Sequence record: NC_070998.1
Strand: one strand, 5' to 3'
DNA length: 64,000 bases
Positions 10,459 through 20,970 of this stretch are shown one piece after another (the first letter of the stretch is position 1; each line of letters starts with the position of its first letter). Under the pieces are notes generated by a model. The model worked only from the letters and a program-made list of their open reading frames with translations. It was not told where the DNA came from and searched no databases. A program made the translations under genes and the position numbers.

Positions 10459-13400
10459 ATGAATCAAGATAAACTTAATACGGCCAAGTCGATACTTAAT
10501 CACTTAGGGATTAAAGCTGAATCTCTTCCCAACTTTGTAACAGATTGTTATTCTAAACAAATACCTTGTGTTGATTTAGATGAACGTGTACTAGCTCATT
10601 ATGAAGATGAATCTTTAAGCACCCTTAAAACAGTCAGATTTCTAAAAGACTTCTCAAGGTTTGGTGCAGGTATACATTTAGAGACAACTAACCAAACGTT
10701 TCTAAGGACAGCTGAGTTATTTAGGCAGATGGGAATTAAGAACTATTTCTTTATGCTTCAGCTTAATAACCCATTACTCAAAGATGTTGATCCATGGGCT
10801 GATGATTTAACCGATGAACAGAAGTTCATGGTATTGGAAGAGGCAAGATGTAATATATGGTACTGCCTTAGAGAACTAATTAAAATTGATGGTAGAAGGT
10901 TTCAGGGTAACCGTGCTGTTATTAGCTTTATATGGTCCTGTTTGAACCATATTCCGACACTAATATTGATGCCACGCCAATCTGGGAAAGCCATGCATAG
11001 CGCTGCCAACATAAAGGTACCTGGGGGGTGGTCGTGCATAAAAGATATCAAAGTGGGGGATGTAGTCACTTCTAAAGACGGTTCACTATCTAATGTTACA
11101 GGCGTTTTTCCTCAAGGAACGACTGATATTTATCGTGTTCATTTTGTTGATGGTAGGGCTGCTGATTGTTGCGGTGAACACCTTTGGACAGTTTGGGACG
11201 CTGGTAAGGGACGGCGTGGTAAATGGAGGGTGATGGACACTCTTTCGATAATGGAAAGAATTCCTGAATTGAAACGTGCTAGAAACCATTTATCGGTCCC
11301 TCTTATTGATCCTGATAAAACCACCCCTCCTAGCAATTTACCTTTACATCCTTATTTGTTAGGTGTCTTGCTTGGTGACGGGTCATTGGGACAAGGTAGT
11401 GTTTCTATTACTAAACCAGATCCTGAACTACAAAAAAGAGTTTCAAAAATTTTACCTAAAGGTTACGTTATTTCTCAGCACTCAGAGATTAAACGTTTCG
11501 GTATTGTAAAGGGGGAGGATTTTGATTCTAGCAAACACACTTCTATACAGGACTTGTTGCGAGAACTCAAATTACATGGTACTAGCACGTTCACTAAGTT
11601 TATCCCCGAGTGTTATAAATTAGCTTCTCACGGTCAGCGTCTTCGGTTACTACAAGGATTGATGGACACAGACGGGACTGCTGAGAAGGGGGGAAATACT
11701 TATTATTCCACTAGTAATGAACAACTAGCTAATGACGTTTTATACTTAGCTAGAAGCTTAGGTAATATTGCTAGGATTAAGAAGGAACAAAAATATTACA
11801 CACATAAAGGGGAGCGTAAACCAGGTCAACCTAGTTATAGAGTTCTGATTCGTAGTAGGGAACCATGGAACCTATTCCAAGATCCTAAGCGTAAAGCTCG
11901 TGTACAAAACTGCACAAGGGGTTTGGTGTTTAACAGTAAGTTAGCTATCTACTCTGTTGAGAAGCTTCCTGAGCAAGCTAAGACCATTTGTATTGAGATT
12001 GATCACCCTGATCAGTTGTACATCGTAGATGACTTCGTAGTAACTCACAACACTGTTGGTATGCAGGTAATGGCTTTCATATTACAGTATATCATCGGGC
12101 GTGGTTATCGTACAGGACTTATCACTCTTGCAGCTTCTAACCGGATGCAGTTCATTAATGCACTTAAGAAGATTCGAGCTGGACTTCCTGAGTACATGAT
12201 TAACATGAACTACAAGGACAAGGATGCTGGTAACATTCTTTCTTATCAGGCATACGGACAGGATAAAGAAAACACCTTTGAAGTAAAAGTACCTAGTGGT
12301 GGTGAAGATGGTGCCGAAAACGTATCTCGTGGTAACACGTTTGAAACACTGTTATTTGACGAACCAGCTTGGACTAAGTACATTGAAAACATAATGAACG
12401 GTGCTGGTCCTAGTACATTGACTGCTCAGAAGAATGCTCGGGAAAAGGGTATTCCTTACTTTACAGCAGAAGCTACTACTCCTAATAGTGTACTTAAGGA
12501 CGAAGGTAAGTACATGCATGACAAGATGGTTTCTAGTACTGAATGGAGAGAGATCTTCTTTGACAGTTACAGTGAGACACATTTAGTCGAAAGAGTAATG
12601 AAAGCTTCACCTGTGAAAACCACTTATCCTAGATTTGCTATGCAGTTTAACCATTTACAATTAGGTTTTGGTCACGATTGGGTTAAACGGACAATGGATA
12701 AGTTAGGTTTGAGCTGGGCTAAGGCCAAGATAGACCTTTTGCTTTTCTGGAGTGAAGACTCTAAGAATAAACTCTTTGATGACAAAACTCGGGAGAAACT
12801 TAACGATAGTAAAGTTGAACCGATTTGGAATGAGGAGATAAATGATACTGGTTTGTTTGTAGATTGGTTTGTCACTAAGGAGAGATTAGACGAGTTAGTA
12901 AATGATCCAACTGAGTTTATCTTGATGGGTGTCGATACATCTGATGCTATTAACAAGGATGCTTGTACATTAGTATTAAGACGCATGAAGACTGGTGAGA
13001 ACATTGGGGTAGGGCGTTATCCATTAGCATTCTTGGATGACGTTACAACTGTTCTGCGCGAGATGATCTTGAGGATTGAAAACTCTTTATTGATTATTGA
13101 ACGTAACCGTGCTGCGCACATGATCGAGCAACTGTTACTGACATTACCAAGTTACGGAATAGATCCATTTAAGCGTATATTCAACGATATTTATCAAGAT
13201 CCGATTAAATATAAAAATGAATATCGTGATGTTCAAGAGGTAATGTTCAAGTTTAGAACTAAAGAGTTTTATTTGAAACATAAAGCCAGATTTGGGTTCT
13301 TAACTAATGCTGAAACTCGTAGACAGATGTATGGGTTTATTTTGGAAGCTGTGAGCAATACTGGTAGTGGGATTAGATACGGACATTTGGTGGATGAACT

Positions 13401-13827
13401 AATTGGTTTGGAAACTGATATGGATGGTCGTATTGACCACGGTAAGAAAGGTCATGACGACTTGGTAATTGCTTGGCTGTTAAGTTATTGGGCCATTCGT
13501 ATGTTGAAGAATAGTTCACTGTACGGCATTCCTCCTGGTCAAGCTTTAACTCAGATCTCTACTTTAACTGGTAGTCAAGACGGCGAGAACTATACCAAAG
13601 ATCAACTAGAATTGTTTATGTTGATTAAGGAACGCATTGAACAGTTGAGTAAAGAACTGGAAGATAGTGATTCTGATATGGTTGGTAAGCGCATTGAGTT
13701 AGAGATACGTAAATTGGGAGAATTCATTCCTAAGAGTCTCAAACGCGTATTGACTATTGACGAAATCATTAGCAATGCTTCTGCCGAACGTAGTAAACGT
13801 GCCATCAACAGACGTTTTAATAGATAA
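10459..13827 (+). CDS. terL: Terminase large subunit (phiKZ gp25-like) with intein
   Basis: Walker A PRQSGK|TVG split by an intein; LFDE Walker B; RNase H-like MGVDTSDA and DDLV motifs; 768 aa after splicing. Confidence 0.92.
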   Translation: MNQDKLNTAKSILNHLGIKAESLPNFVTDCYSKQIPCVDLDERVLAHYEDESLSTLKTVRFLKDFSRFGAGIHLETTNQTFLRTAELFRQMGIKNYFFMLQLNNPLLKDVDPWADDLTDEQKFMVLEEARCNIWYCLRELIKIDGRRFQGNRAVISFIWSCLNHIPTLILMPRQSGKAMHSAANIKVPGGWSCIKDIKVGDVVTSKDGSLSNVTGVFPQGTTDIYRVHFVDGRAADCCGEHLWTVWDAGKGRRGKWRVMDTLSIMERIPELKRARNHLSVPLIDPDKTTPPSNLPLHPYLLGVLLGDGSLGQGSVSITKPDPELQKRVSKILPKGYVISQHSEIKRFGIVKGEDFDSSKHTSIQDLLRELKLHGTSTFTKFIPECYKLASHGQRLRLLQGLMDTDGTAEKGGNTYYSTSNEQLANDVLYLARSLGNIARIKKEQKYYTHKGERKPGQPSYRVLIRSREPWNLFQDPKRKARVQNCTRGLVFNSKLAIYSVEKLPEQAKTICIEIDHPDQLYIVDDFVVTHNTVGMQVMAFILQYIIGRGYRTGLITLAASNRMQFINALKKIRAGLPEYMINMNYKDKDAGNILSYQAYGQDKENTFEVKVPSGGEDGAENVSRGNTFETLLFDEPAWTKYIENIMNGAGPSTLTAQKNAREKGIPYFTAEATTPNSVLKDEGKYMHDKMVSSTEWREIFFDSYSETHLVERVMKASPVKTTYPRFAMQFNHLQLGFGHDWVKRTMDKLGLSWAKAKIDLLLFWSEDSKNKLFDDKTREKLNDSKVEPIWNEEINDTGLFVDWFVTKERLDELVNDPTEFILMGVDTSDAINKDACTLVLRRMKTGENIGVGRYPLAFLDDVTTVLREMILRIENSLLIIERNRAAHMIEQLLLTLPSYGIDPFKRIFNDIYQDPIKYKNEYRDVQEVMFKFRTKEFYLKHKARFGFLTNAETRRQMYGFILEAVSNTGSGIRYGHLVDELIGLETDMDGRIDHGKKGHDDLVIAWLLSYWAIRMLKNSSLYGIPPGQALTQISTLTGSQDGENYTKDQLELFMLIKERIEQLSKELEDSDSDMVGKRIELEIRKLGEFIPKSLKRVLTIDEIISNASAERSKRAINRRFNR
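10990..12051 (+). mobile_element. Class 3 intein (354 aa) with LAGLIDADG endonuclease
   Basis: Starts with Ala; block B EHLW, block F TICIEID, block G VTHN, +1 Thr; LGVLLGDG and LQGLMDTDG motifs. Confidence 0.9.
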
Positions 13828-13836
13828 GGGGCTAAT

Positions 13837-14100
13837 ATGATTTATGGATTAATAACAGTTGTTTGGTTACTGTTTTGTTATGTTACAGACCTTAATGATT
13901 TATACATTATACCGGCGTGTTTCTTTATCGGAAGAGAGGTCGCTCAAGCTGAACAAAGGGTGATCTCACAATACTACGGTAATAAGAGGGTAAATGCTCC
14001 TTGGTATTGTGGTCTTGAGGAAAGAGCTTGGACTAAGAAGGGAATACTGGATTTAGTTATTCCTTGGTTGGTAACTTTGTGTTATAGTTTTATCATTTAA
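13837..14100 (+). CDS. Small membrane protein resembling those near enterobacterial prophage tail-fibre genes
   Basis: 87 aa, hydrophobic, REVAQAE...GNKRVNAPW motif (recalled family), GGGG SD. Confidence 0.6.
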   Translation: MIYGLITVVWLLFCYVTDLNDLYIIPACFFIGREVAQAEQRVISQYYGNKRVNAPWYCGLEERAWTKKGILDLVIPWLVTLCYSFII

Positions 14101-14108
14101 ATAATTTA

Positions 14109-14141
14109 AACTCTACTTACTCCTAAGGAGTAAGTAGAGTT
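14109..14141. terminator. Hairpin terminator
   Basis: AACTCTACTTACTCC-TAA-GGAGTAAGTAGAGTT. Confidence 0.8.
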
Positions 14142-14153
14142 ACTTTTGTTATA

Positions 14154-14180
14154 TTCTATAATTTCTTAAACCTATATTAT
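14154..14180 (+). promoter_or_regulatory. Early promoter of free-standing HNH gene
   Basis: TTCTATAATTTCTTAAACCTATATTAT. Confidence 0.7.
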
Positions 14181-14208
14181 TGTAGAGAAGTATTAAGGAG
14201 TTATAGTT

Positions 14209-15255
14209 ATGATAAATGTTTATTTCTCAGAATTACCTAAAACTTTAACTGAAATATTAGGGTTAAAGTACGATGGTACTATGTCTTATGAAGAACGCGT
14301 TCAGAAAAGATATGATTACATTAAAGAACAGTACGAACTAGATAACAAATATGAAGGATGGGATTACTTAGAGAATGTTAAATACGGTTTAAAGTTTGAT
14401 CATTTAATTACTTTTGAATATATGATATCTACTAAAGGTAGGATTTTAACTTTATTTATGCAAGAAGGAAGATATAAAGTACTTAGAGGAGATATTAGTA
14501 GGACTGGGTACAGTAACCAAACTATAACTATGGATAAATCTGGTTATAAGTGTTCGCGGCACCGATCCTTGTCTTCAACATTCATCCCTAAACCAAGTCA
14601 TTATAAACAAGGAATAAATCGTTTAGTAGTTAATCATAAAGATTTAATTAAGTTAAATAACCACTTTACTAATTTAGAATGGTGTACTAATCAGGAGAAT
14701 TTACGTCATCAAGTTATTGAGCATGGCAAGGTTAACGTTTATTTTAATCAAATATTTGAAGGTACGGTAGAAATAGATTGTAAATACAAAGGTGTTAAGT
14801 TTAAAGTATTTGGGGCGGAGGGGTTAGAAGAAATAGGACTTTACCGTGGATGTATTAATGAAATTTTCTCTGGTAGAAAGGAGCTTTCATTTGGTTGTAG
14901 TTGGAAGATAATAACTCAGGAAGAGGCTGATAAACTTCCAGATATTCCAGAATTCATTAAAGATAAGTTTATAAACAACATACCCTATACGGATATAAGA
15001 GTTAAACCTTTGAAAGGTACTGTTGTTAGGGACTGTGAATATAAAGGTTTAGAATTCGTAACTTATGGTAAACAAGAACTAGTGTCTTTAGGGTTTAATC
15101 AAGGTAATGTTTCAGTTTCTATCACAACCGGAAAGGTTACCCAGAGTTGTTTATGGGAATATATTTCCAGAGATGAGGCAGAATTATTACAAAGAGGATT
15201 AACTAAAGATCAACAGAAAGTTATTGTTACCAAGAGAGGACCTAATAAGAAGTAA
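14209..15255 (+). mobile_element. Free-standing HNH endonuclease with two C-terminal NUMOD1-like repeats
   Basis: VNHKDLIKLNNHFTNLEW; two ~62-aa GTV..DC.YKG...W..IS repeats; close paralog of 50898..51941. Confidence 0.88.
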
Positions 15256-15257
15256 AT

Positions 15258-15285
15258 CCAACACCTTCCTAATGGAAGGTGTTGG
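15258..15285. terminator. Hairpin terminator
   Basis: CCAACACCTTCC-TAAT-GGAAGGTGTTGG. Confidence 0.75.
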
Positions 15286-15350
15286 TATAAATAACCTCAT
15301 TTTCTTTTTATTGATTTTATGACCCTTTAATTTAACTAAGGAAATGAATT

Positions 15351-17819
15351 ATGCATAACACTGGGAACCCCTTGGGCTCAAAAGACATCCTTGATCTCTA
15401 TGACAACAGTGAGAACATCGATTACTTTGTTAATTCGCAAGAAGACGAACACCCAGATCGGTTTGGTGTTAAACGACTTACTTTGGCCGGATTGATCAAA
15501 CGCTCCATGGCGCTGCGAAATGAAATCAATGATTTCTCCGGTGCACTACCATTTACACCTGCATGGTCTGATGTTCCAATGAACGTCAGCACTGGCGTCG
15601 GGGGTGAAGGAGGCGCACTTAACCTTCAAGCTAGTGCGCTTGGTAACCGAACTGAATATCTTAAAGAAAGTGTTGATGGGCTTTTTTCTCGTTCAATTGA
15701 TCTTTCTGCGGCTAAATATGGGATCAAGGGACTTGCTACAGACATTAATGGTGTGAAGCAAGCCATTAGTGACGCCGAGGAATACGGTCTCTCAATCACC
15801 GCCCCTAAGAACCTGGTGATTAAGTTAGTAGGCACTGACGTTCTTACCTTCAGCTCAAGTTGTGACTTCAATCATTGCAAAATTGATTTGTCTGGGTTCT
15901 CAGGTAGAATCGTCTTTACAGATGGTGGTGTCTGGACAACTTATGATCAAACCCACCCTGTTGTCTCCAAACTGAATGCAGTGGCGACACTAGATGGAAC
16001 AGTTATTAATGCTTGGGACGGGGTTCCAGAAGTTGAGAACAGTTTCGTTAAATTTAACACCAATCAAAATTTCTACAGCTATCGACAAGCTGTTGTTAAA
16101 CGGAATGAACTTAACTGTCATACTCGATTTGGACAGCTTGACAGTTCATTCCTTTATCCGTTACCTGGATCTGCTATAACTTCGGTAGAAGTTAAGAAGT
16201 TCCCTGAGACTTATACAGTTGTCAAGAACATCAACTTCCACTTAGGTTCCAATGACACCATTAGTGATCTCGTCACTATCTCTGGTAGCTTATTGATTTT
16301 TGAGAACGTTATTTTTAACCAAAATAACTTTAAAAATATACTCAAAAATCAAACCTGGCTGTCAGTGGTTAAATCCGCATATGTTCAGGTAAGGAACGTT
16401 CGTTTTGTTTGGGTTTCGATCTCTGGCGCTACTAGCGGATATACGTACAACATTGGGATGTACGACTCCTACCACCTTAGGTTTGATAACGTTAAAGGCA
16501 GTGGTGATGGATGGGGTGCTACTGGTAGTAACCTTTGTCGCATTATCAAGTTTAACGAATGTCATTTATCTCGGATTGACTTCCACCAGCCTTTTAGTGA
16601 GTTAATGCAGATCAGCAACTCCAAGCTGGGAAGTTGGGGCATTTTGGTCACTGCAATTGGTAACTTGCTGATTGAAAATACCGAGTTTACTATTTCTGAT
16701 AACATCAACATCAATAACCATGGCTATATTCGGAGTCGTGACGATACCGGTGGTTTCTGTGATGGTGACTTGAAAATTCGCAACTGTTTCTTTACTGACA
16801 ACACTTCTACCGCGATGCAAGACCTGATCAAACATCAATATTCGAATAATCCTAAGCCTGCTGATTCACCAATCACCTATCGATACTGGCGGACAATTGA
16901 AATTATTGGCATTGGATGTAATAAGCGTCTTAATCTGGCTCCTAACATTGTTCCCAACGTTGGTATTTGTTACCCGATTAAGATTACAATTAGGAATGGG
17001 GTACGTGGCGACTTTGAATTTAATTCGCGTGACTTCAAAGATTATATCCCAACTGTCACTAAGCTCTATCCAAGTAATACTCCAATCAGTAACTACCCGA
17101 ACGTCTCTATCTCCATCGATGATTTGAACTTGAGATACATCTCCGTGGTTGAAGCGGCGAGTAGCAGTAAGTTTAACTTCCATGTTAACTTATCGAAAAT
17201 CTACAACACGGACCGGAACACTGGGTGTTTAGTGGAAACTACCGTTGAAGGTGTTTTGAATATCACGGACTCCATCATAGGTGGACTGGACTTCTATTCT
17301 GGTGGATTCACCAATAAATATCTTTGGGTTTCCATGATGGGTGGTGCGTTGAAACACGATGGTAGTCTAAACCAAGAACCATTGAATGGTTTCAATTCTT
17401 TTGTTTCGGTAAATCTCATTAATGTGCTTATTTCTACAATCTCTGAAGCAATGTTAGGTATTATAGCCAAAGCGAAAGTCTCAAGCTGCAACTATATTGT
17501 TGCTGATGCGGCTCAGCAAGGGTTATTAATTGGTAACTTCAACACTAATAATGGCTGGACAGGGCCAGTTGAATTACCCATCCCTGCATCGTTTAACAGA
17601 ATGAACATGTTGACATTGATCACTGGTTTTGACAGTGATAATAGTCGTAAATCCCACACGTTCATGCTAGCCAGGGCAAATTGTTCAATAACGATTGAAT
17701 ATCTTCCTGGAAGTCATCTAACTGTGACAACTGGTGCAGGTAACTCAAAAATCACGGTATCGAGTACTGAGTACACTACTCCAGCATCTGTTCCAAGATC
17801 TCTTTACGTTTATAGTTAA
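15351..17819 (+). CDS. Tailspike / putative polysaccharide depolymerase
   Basis: 822 aa; NTGNPLGS..DLYDN...DRFG N-terminus typical of enterobacterial prophage tailspikes; beta-helix-like N/I/S/G-rich body; TATG late-type motif upstream. Confidence 0.75.
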   Translation: MHNTGNPLGSKDILDLYDNSENIDYFVNSQEDEHPDRFGVKRLTLAGLIKRSMALRNEINDFSGALPFTPAWSDVPMNVSTGVGGEGGALNLQASALGNRTEYLKESVDGLFSRSIDLSAAKYGIKGLATDINGVKQAISDAEEYGLSITAPKNLVIKLVGTDVLTFSSSCDFNHCKIDLSGFSGRIVFTDGGVWTTYDQTHPVVSKLNAVATLDGTVINAWDGVPEVENSFVKFNTNQNFYSYRQAVVKRNELNCHTRFGQLDSSFLYPLPGSAITSVEVKKFPETYTVVKNINFHLGSNDTISDLVTISGSLLIFENVIFNQNNFKNILKNQTWLSVVKSAYVQVRNVRFVWVSISGATSGYTYNIGMYDSYHLRFDNVKGSGDGWGATGSNLCRIIKFNECHLSRIDFHQPFSELMQISNSKLGSWGILVTAIGNLLIENTEFTISDNININNHGYIRSRDDTGGFCDGDLKIRNCFFTDNTSTAMQDLIKHQYSNNPKPADSPITYRYWRTIEIIGIGCNKRLNLAPNIVPNVGICYPIKITIRNGVRGDFEFNSRDFKDYIPTVTKLYPSNTPISNYPNVSISIDDLNLRYISVVEAASSSKFNFHVNLSKIYNTDRNTGCLVETTVEGVLNITDSIIGGLDFYSGGFTNKYLWVSMMGGALKHDGSLNQEPLNGFNSFVSVNLINVLISTISEAMLGIIAKAKVSSCNYIVADAAQQGLLIGNFNTNNGWTGPVELPIPASFNRMNMLTLITGFDSDNSRKSHTFMLARANCSITIEYLPGSHLTVTTGAGNSKITVSSTEYTTPASVPRSLYVYS

Positions 17820-17822
17820 CAA

Positions 17823-17854
17823 AACCTCTACTCCCCATTTGGGGAGTAGAGGTT
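17823..17854. terminator. Bidirectional terminator between convergent genes
   Basis: AACCTCTACTCCCC-ATTT-GGGGAGTAGAGGTT. Confidence 0.82.
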
Positions 17855-17861
17855 ACTTTAC

Positions 17862-18494
17862 TTACGCCGCTACTTTAAAATTGTTAACAATTTTAAGCAA
17901 GTTTTCCAAACTAGTTTCATCTGGACGAAGGATTTGAACGTTAACACCAAACTGATCTACCAAGTAATCAAGAGAACGTAGGTATTTGTCGCGATATGTT
18001 TCAAATACATCCTTATCTTTGAACATCAAATCCTTGGCATTGACCTCGCGTTTTTCCTCGACCGCTTTATTAAGTCGTTCCAAGAATTCTTCATGATTAA
18101 TATCAATAAAAATAACGAGGGACGGAAGAATATCAAATCCGTAACTTGACAAGAGCTTCTTGTTGAATTGAAAGATCTCGCTTGGAGTCACGTGGTCGTC
18201 TGATTGATAGACCATAGAGGTGATGAAATTGCGATCACTGATGACATCACGACCGTGTTTCAAATAAGGTCCAATGACCTTTTGGAATGCTTCCACCCGA
18301 CTCACCCCAAAACCTTGGATCTCTTCATCCTTGGTCATGGTGTTACTAACGAGTTTGGCTTTAAAAGCTTGACTCTCCGGACTTTCATTGAAAGGTTCTG
18401 CTGTAACCCGGGCCTTAATGGCAGCTCCGAGCTTTTTACAAACGGTCGATTTTCCGCCAAAGTCCATTGCTTCGACGACAATATACAATCCCAC
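17862..18494 (-). CDS. tmk: Thymidylate kinase
   Basis: VVEAMDFGGKST P-loop, EP motif, SDRNFITSMVYQ. Confidence 0.88.
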   Translation of the reverse strand: MGLYIVVEAMDFGGKSTVCKKLGAAIKARVTAEPFNESPESQAFKAKLVSNTMTKDEEIQGFGVSRVEAFQKVIGPYLKHGRDVISDRNFITSMVYQSDDHVTPSEIFQFNKKLLSSYGFDILPSLVIFIDINHEEFLERLNKAVEEKREVNAKDLMFKDKDVFETYRDKYLRSLDYLVDQFGVNVQILRPDETSLENLLKIVNNFKVAA

Positions 18495-18505
18495 ACTCTA
18501 CTCCT

Positions 18506-19981
18506 TTATTTATAATAGTCACGCACTAATGTTCTAATTACAATGTACAACATCAACCCATTACGTAGACAAGCCACGCTGTACTGAGTCTTGATTCCGG
18601 TCATTGCTGTGATTAACTTATCACCATTCTTTCTAAGCTTGTGAACCAATTCATTAATTGACTTATTACTAGTGTATCCGCCGCGTAGTTTATATACAAC
18701 GTTGCTCAAGTCATTATAACGTATAGAGTTAGAGCTCAGGTACTCAAAAAGGTGAGTAATAACATCATCTACAAACTCTCTGTATTTCTCACCCTTTGGA
18801 TGATTGTACTGGGTAGGAAACTCTTTAACTACTAAAGCCAATTTATCTTCAAATTGTTTCTGTGCTTTAGAGTCATCAATTGCTTTGGCGGCAAAACCCA
18901 GCAGTTCTTGCTTGTAGAAAGAGTGTCCATCAGTGATAATGTTATTGATGTAAGTACGAAAGGCATTTACATTCTTTTGAATATCTTTCAGGTCGATCTG
19001 ACCATCGCTAATAACAAAGCCTGATTCTGTTTCCACCAGGTTAACACTATCTTTAACCTCATAAAGCACTTTGGTAAAATCGTTAACAACACCCTTTAAA
19101 CGGGATTCCATGTCATTTACCATGTAGACAATTTTCTTATCATTGTCCATTTTGGTGAATGTGTCATAGTGGATACCTGTTTTAGGATCAATAATGAATT
19201 CAGCACGTGCTTTAAACAGAGCATTCCAACTACCGTAACGTTTGATGTCAAACTTCATCGACAGTTTGTTATAAGCAGTTTGAGCAACACTAGGTTTTAC
19301 CAAATAAGCAAAATAGTGGTTCATGATAGATGTTAAAATACGATAGTGGAATAACACCACCAAATTAACTAAAGCGTCATCTTTCATATTTTTCGGTAAA
19401 TTGGATTTGTGTACCTTATGCATCAAATAAACAATGGATAAGTTAAATGCATCTGAAGATACTTTAAAGTCCTTATTGACCCACTTACACTTTATTAACT
19501 CATCACGAAGCTTTACTTCATCAACGTCAATAATATCTGTAAAGAAAGCTACGCGATCAGCAGTTTTAAAAACGATTCGATGTGTACCAAGATATGGTGT
19601 CCCGAAGAACTCTGCGTGATCGTTATCTTTAGTTGCAAAACCATAAACAAAACGTCTAAGAGTGGAAACCCATTTGGGAGTAATTTCCAGGTCTTCTACT
19701 AACCCTTCAAAAACACCATAAACTGAATGATCAGTGTTGTAGTTGTAGTTTGGGACTAAAGCTTCTAACCCAGCAATACATTCGGCAATATCCTCAAAGC
19801 TTTCTAAACCACCATATTCGGTTATAGACCGAACAGGGGCAAACATAGAGCTAAGATACTCTTCGCTTCCAGAAAGCTTACTAAGGACTTCCTGTAGCTC
19901 TAAAAAGCTATTATCGTAATCTGCTTCTTCTAAAGGTTCAGGATTAAATCTAGCTTGAACCTGATGGCTAAATTGATTCAT
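18506..19981 (-). CDS. Conserved phiKZ-like phage protein, probably virion-associated
   Basis: 491 aa, GGAG SD; YNKLSMKFDIKRYGSW and YMVND motifs resemble a core family; function not assignable. Confidence 0.55.
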   Translation of the reverse strand: MNQFSHQVQARFNPEPLEEADYDNSFLELQEVLSKLSGSEEYLSSMFAPVRSITEYGGLESFEDIAECIAGLEALVPNYNYNTDHSVYGVFEGLVEDLEITPKWVSTLRRFVYGFATKDNDHAEFFGTPYLGTHRIVFKTADRVAFFTDIIDVDEVKLRDELIKCKWVNKDFKVSSDAFNLSIVYLMHKVHKSNLPKNMKDDALVNLVVLFHYRILTSIMNHYFAYLVKPSVAQTAYNKLSMKFDIKRYGSWNALFKARAEFIIDPKTGIHYDTFTKMDNDKKIVYMVNDMESRLKGVVNDFTKVLYEVKDSVNLVETESGFVISDGQIDLKDIQKNVNAFRTYINNIITDGHSFYKQELLGFAAKAIDDSKAQKQFEDKLALVVKEFPTQYNHPKGEKYREFVDDVITHLFEYLSSNSIRYNDLSNVVYKLRGGYTSNKSINELVHKLRKNGDKLITAMTGIKTQYSVACLRNGLMLYIVIRTLVRDYYK

Positions 19982-19995
19982 TTAATCCTTCTCCA

Positions 19996-20847
19996 TTAAC
20001 GCTTTCTTGGGACCATCATTTTCAGCGAATCACTAACACCTTTTGGATCAGCGTAAGCAAGGTGTTTCTTTAATTCTTCGTTGAAGAACTCTTTAAACTC
20101 TCTAGCAGAATCTGCGTAACGTTCTACATCATCGCGCACATCGTCCACAGATACACCATAACGACTCACAGCCTCTTGCATACCTCTACGACACGTCTTA
20201 TAAATGTAAGCCTTTGTAGCTAGTTCTACGAGTTCGTAGAACTTATCGTACATCTTAGGTGGGATTACTGAGAAGTGTTCGTCGTAAGCTAAAATTACTT
20301 TAGCGATCATATTAAACATCGCTGCGCCAGCATCTCTTATTAAGAAAGAGTTATTACCAGTCATGGTGAAACTAGTAAATGAACGCTGTACGTTACTGTC
20401 GTCCAAACCAGTCATTAGTCTATTTAGTGCATTACCCACCTGACCACCAGTTCCGCAAGCACCATTCCCACTTGTCATGTTATAACCAGATGCAATAGCG
20501 CGATTAAGATTACCCGGATACACTTCAATAACTGAAATAATCTTTCTACCGCCCGTAAGAAAATCTGGTACATTTACATGTATATGTCCGCCCTGCATGT
20601 TCGTTATTCTAGCGCTGCTTAAATCAATGATCTCACTCGAACCTCCTATCACGTTAAGCAACGGTGCAACCATCTTGAGAATTACTTTCTCACGGATACC
20701 TTGCTCAATACTGTATTCAGTGTTAACAGGAGACCATACAGAACCAAATCCGGCGTTTGGGTTATCGAACGCTAACTTTAACAAATATTCAGGAATATCA
20801 TTAACTCCTGATATTAAATTTTGAATAGAAAAGTCCACTGGTGACAT
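19996..20847 (-). CDS. Conserved phiKZ-like phage protein, probably virion-associated
   Basis: 283 aa, AAGGA SD, minus-strand TATG upstream. Confidence 0.55.
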   Translation of the reverse strand: MSPVDFSIQNLISGVNDIPEYLLKLAFDNPNAGFGSVWSPVNTEYSIEQGIREKVILKMVAPLLNVIGGSSEIIDLSSARITNMQGGHIHVNVPDFLTGGRKIISVIEVYPGNLNRAIASGYNMTSGNGACGTGGQVGNALNRLMTGLDDSNVQRSFTSFTMTGNNSFLIRDAGAAMFNMIAKVILAYDEHFSVIPPKMYDKFYELVELATKAYIYKTCRRGMQEAVSRYGVSVDDVRDDVERYADSAREFKEFFNEELKKHLAYADPKGVSDSLKMMVPRKR

Positions 20848-20920
20848 TGTGTTTATCCTTATAATTAGGTTACTTTAGGAAGTTACAAAAGATCAAAAAT
20901 CAATAATGAATAAACATAAA

Positions 20921-20950
20921 CCCTACCCTCCCAATTAAGGGAGGGTAGGG
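20921..20950. terminator. Hairpin terminator just 3' of the minus-strand structured RNA
   Basis: CCCTACCCTCCC-AATTAA-GGGAGGGTAGGG. Confidence 0.82.
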
Positions 20951-20970
20951 TAACTTATGTTAAAGTTAAA

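Noticed and set aside
14100-15350. Target stubs around HNH 14209 and 42375
   Set aside because: None seen; these two are self-contained promoter-terminator units, so the stub model applies only to 50898, 56419 and possibly 22421
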